The position numbers and the translations under genes are program-made. A DNA stretch of 64,000 bases from an uncultured delta proteobacterium (GTDB taxonomy: Bacteria > Desulfobacterota > Desulfobacteria > Desulfobacterales > Desulfosarcinaceae), in assembly GCA_963704985.1 (NCBI GenBank), contig CAVPIL010000003.1:47122-111121 (forward strand), in the 5' to 3' direction. Every line of letters begins with the position of its first letter. Positions within the stretch are counted from its first letter, which is position 1. The notes below the pieces were generated by a model. It saw only the letters and a program-made list of their open reading frames with translations. It was not told the origin of the DNA and made no database searches. Below, one piece after another: positions 20,316-30,605 of the stretch.

Positions 20316-20529
20316 TTTCCGGTGCCGATGGACCGGGACCTGGGATGTTGTTGTCCACCATCTGCCGCAGGTTCGCTTTGCATGGTCGGTTTCTTAACGA
20401 CGATATCCTTCCAAAGGTCCGTATCGCCCCCTCTTTGCGGCGGCAATATCATCCTGACTGAGAGTTGAACGCAAACAGGCAGTGCCGCTTTTTGGATAGG
20501 GGCGTCGGTGGGCCTCGTCCCGATGGTGG

Positions 20530-20922
20530 TTATTTAACCGTCACGACAGGGCAGGGAGCCTTAATGATGACATACTGGGCGTTGGATCCGAAAAGCAGTT
20601 TGCCAACCTTGGAGCGACGTTTGATGCCGATGATGATTTCATCAATTGCTTTTTCCTTGGCATATTCGACGATATCCTCACCCGGTGTCATGCCCCGCAC
20701 CAGCAGTTTGGTTTCGCACTCGATGCCGTCACCATCGAACATTTTTTTAGCAAATTCAAGATCTTCGGTTGCATGCGTCACTTCCACGGCGTGGGTGACA
20801 CTCCCGCCGGCCAGCGACGAAACGATGATCACTTTTGCATCGAACGCCGCAGCGTGTTTTTTTGCCAGGGCCAAGGCATCCTTGGCCGAATTGGACCCGT
20901 CATAACCGACCAGGATTTTCAT
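20530..20922 (-). CDS. universal stress protein
   Basis: MKILVGYDGS...IIIG.K.RS.VGKLLFGS..Q.VI..APCPV. Confidence 0.93.
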   Translation of the reverse strand: MKILVGYDGSNSAKDALALAKKHAAAFDAKVIIVSSLAGGSVTHAVEVTHATEDLEFAKKMFDGDGIECETKLLVRGMTPGEDIVEYAKEKAIDEIIIGIKRRSKVGKLLFGSNAQYVIIKAPCPVVTVK

Positions 20923-21472
20923 TCATCTCTCCTTCTCTTTTGTATCGGCCCCATGCGCCGCAGGGCAGCGCGCCGAAATAATGGCATTGGCAGGCGCCAT
21001 AATAAACCGGCATCGTGAGACCGGAGCTGGCGCCAAGGCGTTTTCTTGCGAACTTGTACAAACACGTTTGAAGGCTTCTGTCAAGACAACAGTCCTTTTG
21101 TCTGATGCACTGAGCCATCCCTACCCGCATCCTTCCGAGGCCATTTCCGCTTTTCGAATTTTCCGCGGTGGCTGCCTGCCGTTTCCTTGGCAGAGAAGGG
21201 GTCCGGTGGTGATGGCCGGTTTATGATTAAGTGAATAATTTCTTACTCTTTTTGCGCTTTATACGTGTCTGGTAAACGTATATTTTACATGTAAAACGAG
21301 GGTTGCTTTTTTCTTGGAATCCCGTCATTGATACCGGTCAGGCGGCAGAATCCGATGGCAGATCGCAGCTTCAGCGCAATACCGGTTGTTTGGCGACCGG
21401 GCTGGGAATGTGCTGCAGGCCGGTGTCCGAAAATAGTCGCACGGTATTGCCGTCCAAGTACAACGTTCATAC

Positions 21473-22417
21473 ATGGAAAGTGGATCAACGGTGACAACAC
21501 CTTTGCTGAACAACGTCAATGCCAACGTCTTTTACAAGATTGTCGAAACCATGGGAAACGCCAGCCTGGGGCTTCAGTTGTGCGGGGAGAAAGGGTTAGG
21601 CAAGGAGGCCATTGTCAGGCTGCTGTATGCCAGCTCCCCCCACCGCGGGTTTCCCTTCATCAAAGTGAATTGCCCGGTGCTTGGCGCGGATGATGAAACC
21701 GACACAACGCCCTGCCACAGAGATATCGTCGCTCATCCGGACAAGAGCAGCTTCAACTTGTTCAGGCTTTTTCACCGGGGGGTGCTGTACCTTCATGCCG
21801 TCGATGAGCTGGACATGAGACTGCAAGGACGTCTGCTATCCTTGATTAAGCGCAAATTGCCGTCCCCTTTTCCCCCAGCGGGTGCTCCCACACGAGGCAT
21901 ACTGGTTTTCGCCACATCCACGCGGTCTTTGGACGCCTGTGTGGCGGCCGGGACCTTTAACCCGGCCCTTGGTGAATTGCTCAGCGGGCTGTCCATTCAT
22001 ATACCGGCGCTGCGCAACAGCCCGGAGCGAATTCCACCGCTGGTGGACTATTTTCTCAACCGGTTCATCCCGCGTGAAGGCCTTGGCGGATTGCCCCGTC
22101 CGTCGGTTGCGCACTTGGCCAAGTTGCGCACACACTTGTGGCCGGACAACCTGAAAGAACTTCAGGAAGTGGTGAAGACGGCGCTACGCCTAAACGACTG
22201 GGATTCGGCCATCAGCATGCTGAAGCACAGGCAGCACCCCCTGGGAAACTATTCCACTGTTGATTTGACGCCCGACGGGGTAGCGCTGATGCCCGATTTT
22301 GAAATCAGACAGCGTTGCACGCTTGAACGTCTGGCGGCAAGGCTGCCTGATGAAGAGATGGGGTTGATGGATCTGGTGATTTACGAGGAGGCGATGTCCT
22401 ACAACAAGATGCAATGA
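21473..22417 (+). CDS. degenerate sigma54-interaction (AAA+) domain protein
   Basis: GEKGLGKE, FIKVNC, IPALR, WPDNLKEL motifs; no GAFTGA and no obvious HTH. Confidence 0.75.
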   Translation: MESGSTVTTPLLNNVNANVFYKIVETMGNASLGLQLCGEKGLGKEAIVRLLYASSPHRGFPFIKVNCPVLGADDETDTTPCHRDIVAHPDKSSFNLFRLFHRGVLYLHAVDELDMRLQGRLLSLIKRKLPSPFPPAGAPTRGILVFATSTRSLDACVAAGTFNPALGELLSGLSIHIPALRNSPERIPPLVDYFLNRFIPREGLGGLPRPSVAHLAKLRTHLWPDNLKELQEVVKTALRLNDWDSAISMLKHRQHPLGNYSTVDLTPDGVALMPDFEIRQRCTLERLAARLPDEEMGLMDLVIYEEAMSYNKMQ

Positions 22418-22448
22418 TCAAGCGCCGGCCGTTCTGGCTGGCCATGAA

Positions 22449-23816
22449 TCAGCGGATGCTCTTCATCCGTTCCTTGCGGCTGACAATCTCGCTGATTCGA
22501 ATGCCGTATTTCTCTTTTTCCACCACGACAAATCCCTTGGCGATCAATGTCTGATTGATCAGAATGTCAACCGGCTCTCCTTCCATCTGTTCCAGTTCGA
22601 CTACCGACCCCGGCCCCATTTTGAGCACATCATTGATTCGTTTCCTGGAGCGTCCCAACTCAACGGTCACCTGCAGGGGAATGTCCATCACGAGACCGAG
22701 GTTTTTAAACTGATCGCCTTCGCTGCCGCTGGTTGCCCTGAACACCTGTTGGATCGTTTCCGGCGGTACGTTTTCGTCTGCGGTCTCGTCAGTTGCCTCG
22801 ACGGCAGAAGAGGTGTCCCGCCTGACGCCGGCTTCAACAATGATGACGCTGTCTTTATGAGCAAAGAGAAATCGGGCGGGTTTGATGACGTTGGTGGGAC
22901 TTACTCTGAAGCTCCGCCCGTTGGTAATGGCGGGGGTGGACAAGACGCAGGAAAGCCCAACATCCACAAATTTGGATTTGAGGTTGCCACCGATGATGTT
23001 GCTAACTTCGCGGATAACATCATAGACTTCTTCCTCACTTTCGACCTCCTCGACTTCCATGCCCAGCATCGCTGCGGTCATCTGCTTGCCAAAAACGTCA
23101 TTGACCTGGATATTGAGCATGCCGTCAACCTGACCGGCGAAGGTGACTGACCCTACGGTCCGCAGCTCTTCGGTAAAGGAATCGGGGACCTGCTGGATGG
23201 CCTCTACTTCCATGTCAAGCATGGTGTAGAAGACGTCGATCACGGAATTGACGATGGCCGTCTTAATGTCCACCCCGGCGATCCGCTCCATGATGACATC
23301 GCTGGACAGATCGCTCATGATATCTTCTTTGGCGCCGATTTCCTCCTTGGCGCACAATTCGACCAGCACATAATTTTCCTGGTGCCGGAATTTGAATGGG
23401 ATGGGCGGTGCGATGTCCACCGGATCGATTTTGAAATGGCTACCCGAGGTGATGGATGGCGTTGAAATAACGCAGGTGAGTCCGGCGTCAAGAAAGTCTG
23501 TTTTCAAATTTCCGGCCACAATGTTGGCCAACTCACCGATCACATCCTTGACTTCCTCCAGCCCCTTGATTTCAACTTCCTCAATGCCCAGCATGGCGGC
23601 GGTGACCGCTCGAGCAAACGACTCGGCCAGGTTGAAACTCATCACACCCACCACTTCTCCGCCGAAGTGGATCGTCCCCACCATCCGGTTTTCGTCGATG
23701 CCGGTGGGCATACTGTCATCCACGATCTCCAGTGCCATGGACATCATGGCATCGAAAGTCTCAATGAGGGTGGTCTCAATGGTCTTGCGAATGGCGTCGT
23801 CGGTGATTTTTTCCAT
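22449..23816 (-). CDS. CheX-CheX-FliN fusion (FliY-like switch protein/phosphatase)
   Basis: Two CheX repeats (GELANIVAGN..STPSI; REVSNIIGGN..STPAI) and C-terminal FliN/SpoA domain (DIPLQVTVELG...GEPVDI...YGIRI). Confidence 0.88.
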   Translation of the reverse strand: MEKITDDAIRKTIETTLIETFDAMMSMALEIVDDSMPTGIDENRMVGTIHFGGEVVGVMSFNLAESFARAVTAAMLGIEEVEIKGLEEVKDVIGELANIVAGNLKTDFLDAGLTCVISTPSITSGSHFKIDPVDIAPPIPFKFRHQENYVLVELCAKEEIGAKEDIMSDLSSDVIMERIAGVDIKTAIVNSVIDVFYTMLDMEVEAIQQVPDSFTEELRTVGSVTFAGQVDGMLNIQVNDVFGKQMTAAMLGMEVEEVESEEEVYDVIREVSNIIGGNLKSKFVDVGLSCVLSTPAITNGRSFRVSPTNVIKPARFLFAHKDSVIIVEAGVRRDTSSAVEATDETADENVPPETIQQVFRATSGSEGDQFKNLGLVMDIPLQVTVELGRSRKRINDVLKMGPGSVVELEQMEGEPVDILINQTLIAKGFVVVEKEKYGIRISEIVSRKERMKSIR

Positions 23817-23894
23817 CGATTCCCCGAGGCTATGGCGGTTGTCAATTTGCCTTATCTTAAGGGTGTTTTTCTATTTTTGTCAATGATTTGCGAC

Positions 23895-23925
23895 AAAAAA
23901 GGCCCGGGCGGGGCGCCCGGGCCTT
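23895..23925 (-). terminator. intrinsic terminator after fhs
   Basis: 10-bp GC stem GGCCCGGGCG/CGCCCGGGCC with U6 on the minus strand. Confidence 0.8.
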
Positions 23926-23951
23926 GTGTTGATGGGTCATTGAAGGTCGGC

Positions 23952-25715
23952 TTAGAAGAGACCGCTTACCTTACCGGTGGCCGGATCGACGTCGATGCGG
24001 CGGAAAGCCGGGTTGGAGCTGGTTCCCGGCATCAGGCTGATGGTGCCGGCACACGGGCAGAGGAACTTGGCGCCGGAATAGATCAGCACGTCGCGGATGG
24101 GCAGACGCCAGCCCTTGGGCACACCCTTTTTGACCGGGTCGTGGCTCAGGGAGAGGTGGGACTTGACCATCATGGTGGCAAAATCGGCGTACTTGGGATC
24201 GTTTTCCAGCATCTCGGCCTTGGCGTTGGCCTCCGGCGACCAGTCCACGCCATCGGCGCCGTAAACTTCCTTGGCGATTGTGGCTACGCGGTCGCGCAGT
24301 TTCATTTCCAGCGGGTAGAGGAATTTAAAATTGTTCTTTTCATTGCAGGCGTCAATAACGGCATCGGCAAATTCCAGGGCGCCGTCGCCGCCCTTTTCCC
24401 AGTGTTTGGACTCGGCGCAGCGGGCGCCGGCGGCTTCGGCGGCTTTCTTGACGATGGCCACTTCGGCATCGGTATCGGTGTAGAACCGGTTGACGCAGAC
24501 GACCGGGTTGATGCCGGCCTTGCGGATGACGCCGATCATGTGGACCATGTTTTCGCAGCCCTTTTCAACCAGGCTCAGGTTCTCCTTGGTGTAGGCTTCA
24601 TCCATGGCTTTTCCGGCAACAACCTTGGGTCCGCCGCCATGCATCTTCAGGGCGCGGACGGTTGCGGTAAGGACGGAGACATGGGGTTTGAGGCCGGAGA
24701 AGCGGCATTTCACGTTCCAGAACTTCTCGAAGCCGATGTCGGCGGCGAAACCTGACTCGGTGACGTGGTAATCGAAACACTTCAAGCCAACGCGGTCGGC
24801 AATGATGGAGCTCTGGCCCACGGCGATGTTGGCGAAGGGGCCGGCGTGCACGAAGCAAGGGTTGTACTCGGCGGTGCACATCAAGGTGGGGTTGATCGTG
24901 TTGCGCATGAAGGCGGCCATGGCGTTGCCCACTTCCAGGTCGCGGCAGGTGACCGGTTTGCCACTCTTGTCGAAGGCCACGGTGATGTTGTTGATGCGTT
25001 CTTTCAGATCGGCCAGGTCGGTGGCCACGGCCAGGATCGCCATCAGCTCTGAGCCGACAGCGATGCCGAACTTGCTTTGCATGGTAAAACCGTCGGTGCG
25101 GCCGCCAATGCCGATAATGATGTTGCGCAGGGCCTGGGCGCAGAAGTCGATGATCCAGCCCATCTCTACGCGGGTAGGGTCGATGTCCAGGCGGCGCATG
25201 CCGGTCAGGCGGGCCAGCTGCTCGTCGTTGTAGTTGCGCTCATGCTGCATGCGGGCGGTCATGGCTACCATGGCCAGGTTGTGGGCGTTCATGATGTCAT
25301 TGATGTCGCCGGTCAGGCCCAGGGAAAACTCGGTCATGGGTATCAGCAGGGAATTGCCGCCGCCGGCAGCCGTGCCCTTGACGTTCATGGTGGGGCCGCC
25401 GGAGGGCTGACGCAGGGCACCGCCGACATTGACGCCCCGTTTGCCGAGACCTTCCATCAGGCCGCAGGAGGTGGTGCTTTTGCCTTCTCCCAGCGGGGTG
25501 GGGGTGATGGCGGTGACTTCGATGTACTTGCCGTCGGGTTTGTTTTTGAGACGGTTGATCACCTTGAGGAAGTCGATTTTGGACAAACGCCCCATGGGGA
25601 GCATTTCGTCTGCTTGCAAGCCGAGTTTTTCGCGCCACTCATCGGGAGTGGGCATGTTCTTTTCGGCCTCTTCGGAAATCTGCCAGTCGGCCATTTTTGT
25701 CGCATCGTAAGCCAT
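23952..25715 (-). CDS. fhs: formate--tetrahydrofolate ligase
   Basis: [46 protein letters not shown]. Confidence 0.97.
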   Translation of the reverse strand: MAYDATKMADWQISEEAEKNMPTPDEWREKLGLQADEMLPMGRLSKIDFLKVINRLKNKPDGKYIEVTAITPTPLGEGKSTTSCGLMEGLGKRGVNVGGALRQPSGGPTMNVKGTAAGGGNSLLIPMTEFSLGLTGDINDIMNAHNLAMVAMTARMQHERNYNDEQLARLTGMRRLDIDPTRVEMGWIIDFCAQALRNIIIGIGGRTDGFTMQSKFGIAVGSELMAILAVATDLADLKERINNITVAFDKSGKPVTCRDLEVGNAMAAFMRNTINPTLMCTAEYNPCFVHAGPFANIAVGQSSIIADRVGLKCFDYHVTESGFAADIGFEKFWNVKCRFSGLKPHVSVLTATVRALKMHGGGPKVVAGKAMDEAYTKENLSLVEKGCENMVHMIGVIRKAGINPVVCVNRFYTDTDAEVAIVKKAAEAAGARCAESKHWEKGGDGALEFADAVIDACNEKNNFKFLYPLEMKLRDRVATIAKEVYGADGVDWSPEANAKAEMLENDPKYADFATMMVKSHLSLSHDPVKKGVPKGWRLPIRDVLIYSGAKFLCPCAGTISLMPGTSSNPAFRRIDVDPATGKVSGLF

Positions 25716-25873
25716 GTATCCAATCCTCCTTTAAGTTAATGATTAACCATGGGCCCCCTGATGGTCAATCACCAGGTGCCGCTGCACTGTTGGGTCTATG
25801 AAAAATCGTAATCGGATTGATGCAAGATTAGAATGCTCGAAATTATTTTTCCGGGAACCAGAAAAACGGGGTT

Positions 25874-25903
25874 AATCTAACATGCCTTGCCACTTTTGGC
25901 AAG
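25874..25903 (-). promoter_or_regulatory. fhs promoter with perfect palindrome over the -35
   Basis: Minus strand TTGCCA-17 nt-TAGATT; CTTGCCA-CTTT-TGGCAAG at 25886-25903. Confidence 0.5.
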
Positions 25904-26086
25904 ACTTATATGGAGGCCGGCGACCGCCTGGAAAAGGATGATAAAATACTGAAAAAATCAAGAATTCATGATATCGGCCAACGCCTGAAAACCGTCTGCC
26001 GACCGTGTCCCGGATCTGCCTTTGATCGGAGGGAGGTGAAAGATCGGTCCTTTGTCTTCAGGCGGCAGTTTTCAGAATTCCGTCGG

Positions 26087-28063
26087 CTAGGATTCGTTGC
26101 CTTGCAGTTGATAGAGCCGGTGATAAAACCCCTGCCTGGCCATGAGCGTGGCATGATTGCCGGTTTCCACCATTGCGCCGTTGTTGAGCACCGCAATCCG
26201 GTCGGCGGTGCGGGCGGTGGTCAGGCGGTGGGCCACCACCAGGCAGGTTCGCCCGCGCATCAGGTTAGCGATGGCCTGCTGCAGGTGCATTTCGGTCTGG
26301 GAGTCCACATAGGAGGTGGCCTCATCGAGAATGATCACTTCCGGATCCGCTGAAAAGGCGCGTGCCACAGAGATCAACTGGCGTTCGCCGGAGGAGAGGG
26401 AGGCGCCTCCTTCCGAGACAGGCGTGTCAAGCCCTGCCGGAAACCGGTCGACCAGCTCACGACAGCGGGAGGCCTCGAGGATGTTGGCCTGCTGCTGAGG
26501 CGAAAGGCCGTTGGCGGCAAAGAAGATGTTCGTTTTTAACGTGCCGGTAAATAGAAACGGGTCCTGCATGACCAGAGCGATCCGTTGTCGCAGCACATGC
26601 GGCGAAATCTGCCTGCAATCGATGCCGTTGAAACGGACGGAACCGGTGCTGGGGTCGTAAAAACGCACCAGCAAATTCACCAGGGATGTTTTTCCAGAAC
26701 CGGTGGCGCCAACGATGGCGATGGTTTCACCGGCATGGATGGTCAGATCAATGTTTTTAAGGACCGGTTCACCGTTGTCGTAGGCAAGGGATACGCGATC
26801 GAAGCGGATCTTTTCAAGCGGGCCGGGAATTCGAACGTTACCGGGCTCGGACCCGGAAGCGGTCCGGGTGTCCATGAGCAGGAAAATCCGTTCGGCGGAA
26901 GCCATGGCATTCTGCAAGATGGTGTACTTTTCCGCCAGGTCGCGGATGGGACGAAAAAACATCTTTAAATAGGCGATAAAGGCAGCCAGCACGCCGATAC
27001 TTACCGATTGGCCGAGCACATGGCCGCCGCCAACGTAGACCACAATAGCGATGGCGGTGACGCCCAGCATTTCGATGATGGGCATGAACACGGCAAAGAT
27101 GTTGATCTGGCGCATACCTGCCAGGTAGTTGTCGTGATTGAGCCGGGCGAAGGCATCGAAGTTCTCCCGCTCGCGGCGAAAGGTCTGGATCACTTTGATG
27201 CCGGCGATGGTTTCGGAAAAACGGGTGTTGATTTCAGCCACCTTGATGCGCAGTTCGCGGAACACGTCGCGGACTTTGCGGGAAAAACCGAACGCCGTTG
27301 CCGCCACCAGCGGCAATACCAAAAAAGTCAACAATGCCAGGCCCCAGTCCATGCTAAGCAACACAATGGCGATGCCTGCCAGCAAAAACATGTCCTTGAA
27401 CACCATGGAGATTATGGATGTGAACAGGTCGTGCATGTTCTGGATGTCGTTGGTGGTGCGGGTCACCAGCCGGGCCACGGGATTACGGGTGAAAAAGCGC
27501 AGCGGCATACCCTGAAGGTGGCTGTACAGGCCAACGCGCAGGTCGTGCATGATCCGGTGGCCGGCAATTTCCATAATCAGGTTCTGGGCAAAGGTGAAAA
27601 TGAAAATGGCTGCGACCACGGCCATGAACAGGCTGACAAGGCGAAGCAGGCCGTCCAGATCGGTGCGCCGCAGCTGGCTCAAAGTGGACCGGTCCAAGCG
27701 CTGGAAGTCTTCCAGCCGGATGGCCGCCTGATCGTTGCGGATTTGAAACAAGTGCTTCCGCCGGTCGACCGCCGAAGCGACGACGGGATCGTTCAGATCA
27801 ACGGCCAGCCACTGCCCGCCTGCCGAATCCGCGCCTTCCGTGGGGTGAACGATGCGATCCCGGGGAACAATATGGCGGTCGATGATCTCTTTGGTGATAT
27901 AGGGGACGGAGAGCTCCAGCAGGGTGATGGCCACCACTAGGGCCACAGATAGAAATAGCCTGACACGGTGGGGTGCCGTGTAAGGCAGGATGCGGCGCAA
28001 CAGTTTCAGGTCATAGGGTTTGCCTATGCGCTGCTCTTCGTCGTAACCATAGTCAAATTTCAT
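26087..28063 (-). CDS. ABC exporter permease/ATPase subunit (MdlB-like)
   Basis: TM domain, GATGSGKT, LSSGERQ, ILDEAT. Confidence 0.92.
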   Translation of the reverse strand: MKFDYGYDEEQRIGKPYDLKLLRRILPYTAPHRVRLFLSVALVVAITLLELSVPYITKEIIDRHIVPRDRIVHPTEGADSAGGQWLAVDLNDPVVASAVDRRKHLFQIRNDQAAIRLEDFQRLDRSTLSQLRRTDLDGLLRLVSLFMAVVAAIFIFTFAQNLIMEIAGHRIMHDLRVGLYSHLQGMPLRFFTRNPVARLVTRTTNDIQNMHDLFTSIISMVFKDMFLLAGIAIVLLSMDWGLALLTFLVLPLVAATAFGFSRKVRDVFRELRIKVAEINTRFSETIAGIKVIQTFRRERENFDAFARLNHDNYLAGMRQINIFAVFMPIIEMLGVTAIAIVVYVGGGHVLGQSVSIGVLAAFIAYLKMFFRPIRDLAEKYTILQNAMASAERIFLLMDTRTASGSEPGNVRIPGPLEKIRFDRVSLAYDNGEPVLKNIDLTIHAGETIAIVGATGSGKTSLVNLLVRFYDPSTGSVRFNGIDCRQISPHVLRQRIALVMQDPFLFTGTLKTNIFFAANGLSPQQQANILEASRCRELVDRFPAGLDTPVSEGGASLSSGERQLISVARAFSADPEVIILDEATSYVDSQTEMHLQQAIANLMRGRTCLVVAHRLTTARTADRIAVLNNGAMVETGNHATLMARQGFYHRLYQLQGNES

Positions 28064-29789
28064 CTTCGAGTTCCTGGAGACGGTAGGCTTTCGCGTAGTA
28101 GCCTTCGGCCGCTAACAGCTGGTCATGATTGCCGGTGGCGACGATGCGGCCGGCCTCCATTACCAGGATCGGATCCGCATGGCGCACCGCCGAGAGGCGA
28201 TGGGAGACAATCAGCAGGGTTTTGTATCCTGCCATGGCCTTCAATGTGTCGACGATGCGGGCGGCGGTTCGCGTATCCACCTGGCTCACCGGGTCGTCGA
28301 GGATCAGGATGGGTGCATCGTTGCGCAGGGCCCGGGCCAGGGCCACCCGCTGCTTCTGCCCGCCGGAAAGAATGACTCCCTTTTCCCCCACCACGGTGTC
28401 GAACCCGTGGGGCAGTTCAGCGATGGTGCTGTCCAAGGCCGCCAGGTGGGTAACCCGGTCAAGTTCCGTATCGGTGACGCTCCCGCTTCCGAAGGTGATG
28501 TTTTCCCTTACGGTGCCGGCAAACAGGAACGGCTCCTGGGGCGCAATGGACATGAGTGAACGCAAATCGGCGCTCTTCAGGCAGCGGACGTCGGTCCCAT
28601 CAATGCGAATGGCCCCTGAGTCCACATCGTAAAGTCGCATGAGCAGCTGAAGGATCGTGGTTTTCCCTGAACCCGGCGGCCCCACGATTCCCAGGGTCTG
28701 CCCTTTTTCAAGGGTCAGGGTGATCTGCCGGAGCACTGCCCCCCGATCCGGGTCATAGGCAAAACTGACGTTCTCAAATGCCAGGCCATGATCAAAGCCG
28801 GAGATCGGTTGGGCGTCGTCGGCTTCAGCCAGTTCCGGTTGCGTGCTGAAGATGCCGTCCAAGCGGTCCAGTGAGGCCCGGCCGCGCTGGATGAGATTGG
28901 TCACCCAACCCAGCGCCATCATGGGCCAGGTGAGCAGACCCAGATAACTGATGAAAGCAACGAAATCGCCGGGGGTGATGTGGGCGAAAATGGTCTGGCG
29001 GCCGCCCTGAAACAGGACGATGGCCAGGCTCAGGTTGGTGAGCAGCATCATTAGCGGGAAAAACGCCCCGGTGATTTTCACCAGGTCGATGTTCTCGCGC
29101 ACATAGGTGTTGGAGATCCGCGCGATCTCGAGGGTCTCGGCGGCCTGGGCGTTATAGGCCATGACGACGCGGATACCGGCAAAGCGTTCCCGCACCGCCT
29201 CGGTGAGTTCACTGAAGGCGGCCTGAACCTGCTTGTAGCGGCGGTGCATCCGCCGGCTGAAAAAACGGGTGCCCAAAACGATCAGGGGCATGGGAATAAG
29301 TACATAAAGGGTCAATTCAAGGTTGATATAGATCATGAAACCGATGGCCGCCGAACCTAAAAACAGGGCGTCATTCAGTGCCACCAGTCCCATACCCGAT
29401 GCCATGCGTACCTGTTGGATATCATTGGTGGCGTGGGCCATGAGGTCACCGGTGCGCACCCGGTCGAAGTAGGCCGGGGAGAGGGTCTGAACGTGGGCGA
29501 AAAGCCGGTTGCGCAGGGCTTCTTCGGTCTTGCGGGCGGTGCCTAGAAGACAGCGGCGCCAGAAAAACCGGAAAAAACCGATGCACAGACCCAGGGCCAG
29601 GATGATCAAGGCGTCATTTAGCAGGCCGCTGCGATCCACCTGCATAAGGGCCAGATCGTCCACCACCCGCTTGATGACCCGGGGGATAAAAAGCTGGAGC
29701 AGGTCCACCACGATCAGGCACAGCAGTCCGAACAGGATGCTGCCGCGGTTGGCCACCAGGTAAGGCTTGATCAATTCGAAGGATTTCAT
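28053..29789 (-). CDS. ABC exporter permease/ATPase subunit (MdlA-like)
   Basis: RTGDLMA, GPPGSGKT, LSGGQKQR, ILDD; forms a heterodimer pair with the downstream gene. Confidence 0.92.
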   Translation of the reverse strand: MKSFELIKPYLVANRGSILFGLLCLIVVDLLQLFIPRVIKRVVDDLALMQVDRSGLLNDALIILALGLCIGFFRFFWRRCLLGTARKTEEALRNRLFAHVQTLSPAYFDRVRTGDLMAHATNDIQQVRMASGMGLVALNDALFLGSAAIGFMIYINLELTLYVLIPMPLIVLGTRFFSRRMHRRYKQVQAAFSELTEAVRERFAGIRVVMAYNAQAAETLEIARISNTYVRENIDLVKITGAFFPLMMLLTNLSLAIVLFQGGRQTIFAHITPGDFVAFISYLGLLTWPMMALGWVTNLIQRGRASLDRLDGIFSTQPELAEADDAQPISGFDHGLAFENVSFAYDPDRGAVLRQITLTLEKGQTLGIVGPPGSGKTTILQLLMRLYDVDSGAIRIDGTDVRCLKSADLRSLMSIAPQEPFLFAGTVRENITFGSGSVTDTELDRVTHLAALDSTIAELPHGFDTVVGEKGVILSGGQKQRVALARALRNDAPILILDDPVSQVDTRTAARIVDTLKAMAGYKTLLIVSHRLSAVRHADPILVMEAGRIVATGNHDQLLAAEGYYAKAYRLQELEDEI

Positions 29790-29966
29790 CGCACCTCACT
29801 TGCAGGGGTGAACGGTACGTGCGTCAGTCACTTGCCTGGTCGCCTGGTCCCAGGCGGTTGACCGCAATCAAGTCGGCGTGAGATTCAATGTAAGGCACGA
29901 AGGGGAAGCGGTCAAACCGGTGGGAAAGCGCTGAAACCGGTTCGGCCTACGGCGCTCCATATCACC

Positions 29967-30605
29967 CTAAGCCGGAGGCAGGTTTAGCGAATGAACCCGA
30001 TACCCGTCGACCCGCCGGTCGATCAGATTCATGGCTCCGTAGCCCTGGGCGATTCGAAAGAGGTTGTCCGGCGGCATGCCCAATAGATGGCAAAGGATCA
30101 TCCGGTTGACGCCGGCGTGGGCCACAACCAAGATGTTGGGACCGGCCTGATCGACTGACTTTTCAAAGACCGGGACCACCCGCTGCTGCAGGTCCAGGAA
30201 GCTTTCTCCCTCCGGCGGCCGGAAGCGGGCGATCTCCTCACCGCGCCGTCGGAACTCCTCCGGCCAGCGGTGCTTGACCTGGCCGAAGGCCATCCCGTCC
30301 CAGTCGCCCAGATGGATTTCTCTCAATCCGGCAATGGGTGTGATGTTCCAGGACCGTTCCGCGCCAATGATGCGCGCGGTTTCCATGCAGCGGCACAGAT
30401 CGCTGGAAAAAATGTGCCCCAGTGCAACGCCGTCCAGCCATTCCCGCCAGTATTGCGCCTGCCGGCGGCCCTTGGCGCTCAGCGGCGGATCGATTTGCCC
30501 GATGAAACGCTTCTCATCGCTTGCGGTCCGAACCTCACCGTGGCGAAGCAGCAGAATCTTCTTCCCATTGCCCGTTGCGAGCCAAAGCTTCAGGAGGTTT
30601 TTCAC
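29967..30605 (-). CDS. histidine phosphatase family protein (CobC/GpmB-like)
   Basis: LLRHGE, SSDL.RC, LREI.LG.WDG, PEGES, VAHAG; GTG start overlaps upstream TGA. Confidence 0.9.
   Translation of the reverse strand: MKNLLKLWLATGNGKKILLLRHGEVRTASDEKRFIGQIDPPLSAKGRRQAQYWREWLDGVALGHIFSSDLCRCMETARIIGAERSWNITPIAGLREIHLGDWDGMAFGQVKHRWPEEFRRRGEEIARFRPPEGESFLDLQQRVVPVFEKSVDQAGPNILVVAHAGVNRMILCHLLGMPPDNLFRIAQGYGAMNLIDRRVDGYRVHSLNLPPA

Noticed and set aside
25910-26010. GCCGGCGACCGCCTGG resembles the 3' part of a ZTP (pfl) riboswitch near fhs
   Set aside because: It is on the strand opposite fhs, upstream of the putative promoter, and lacks the 5' GACUGGCG element
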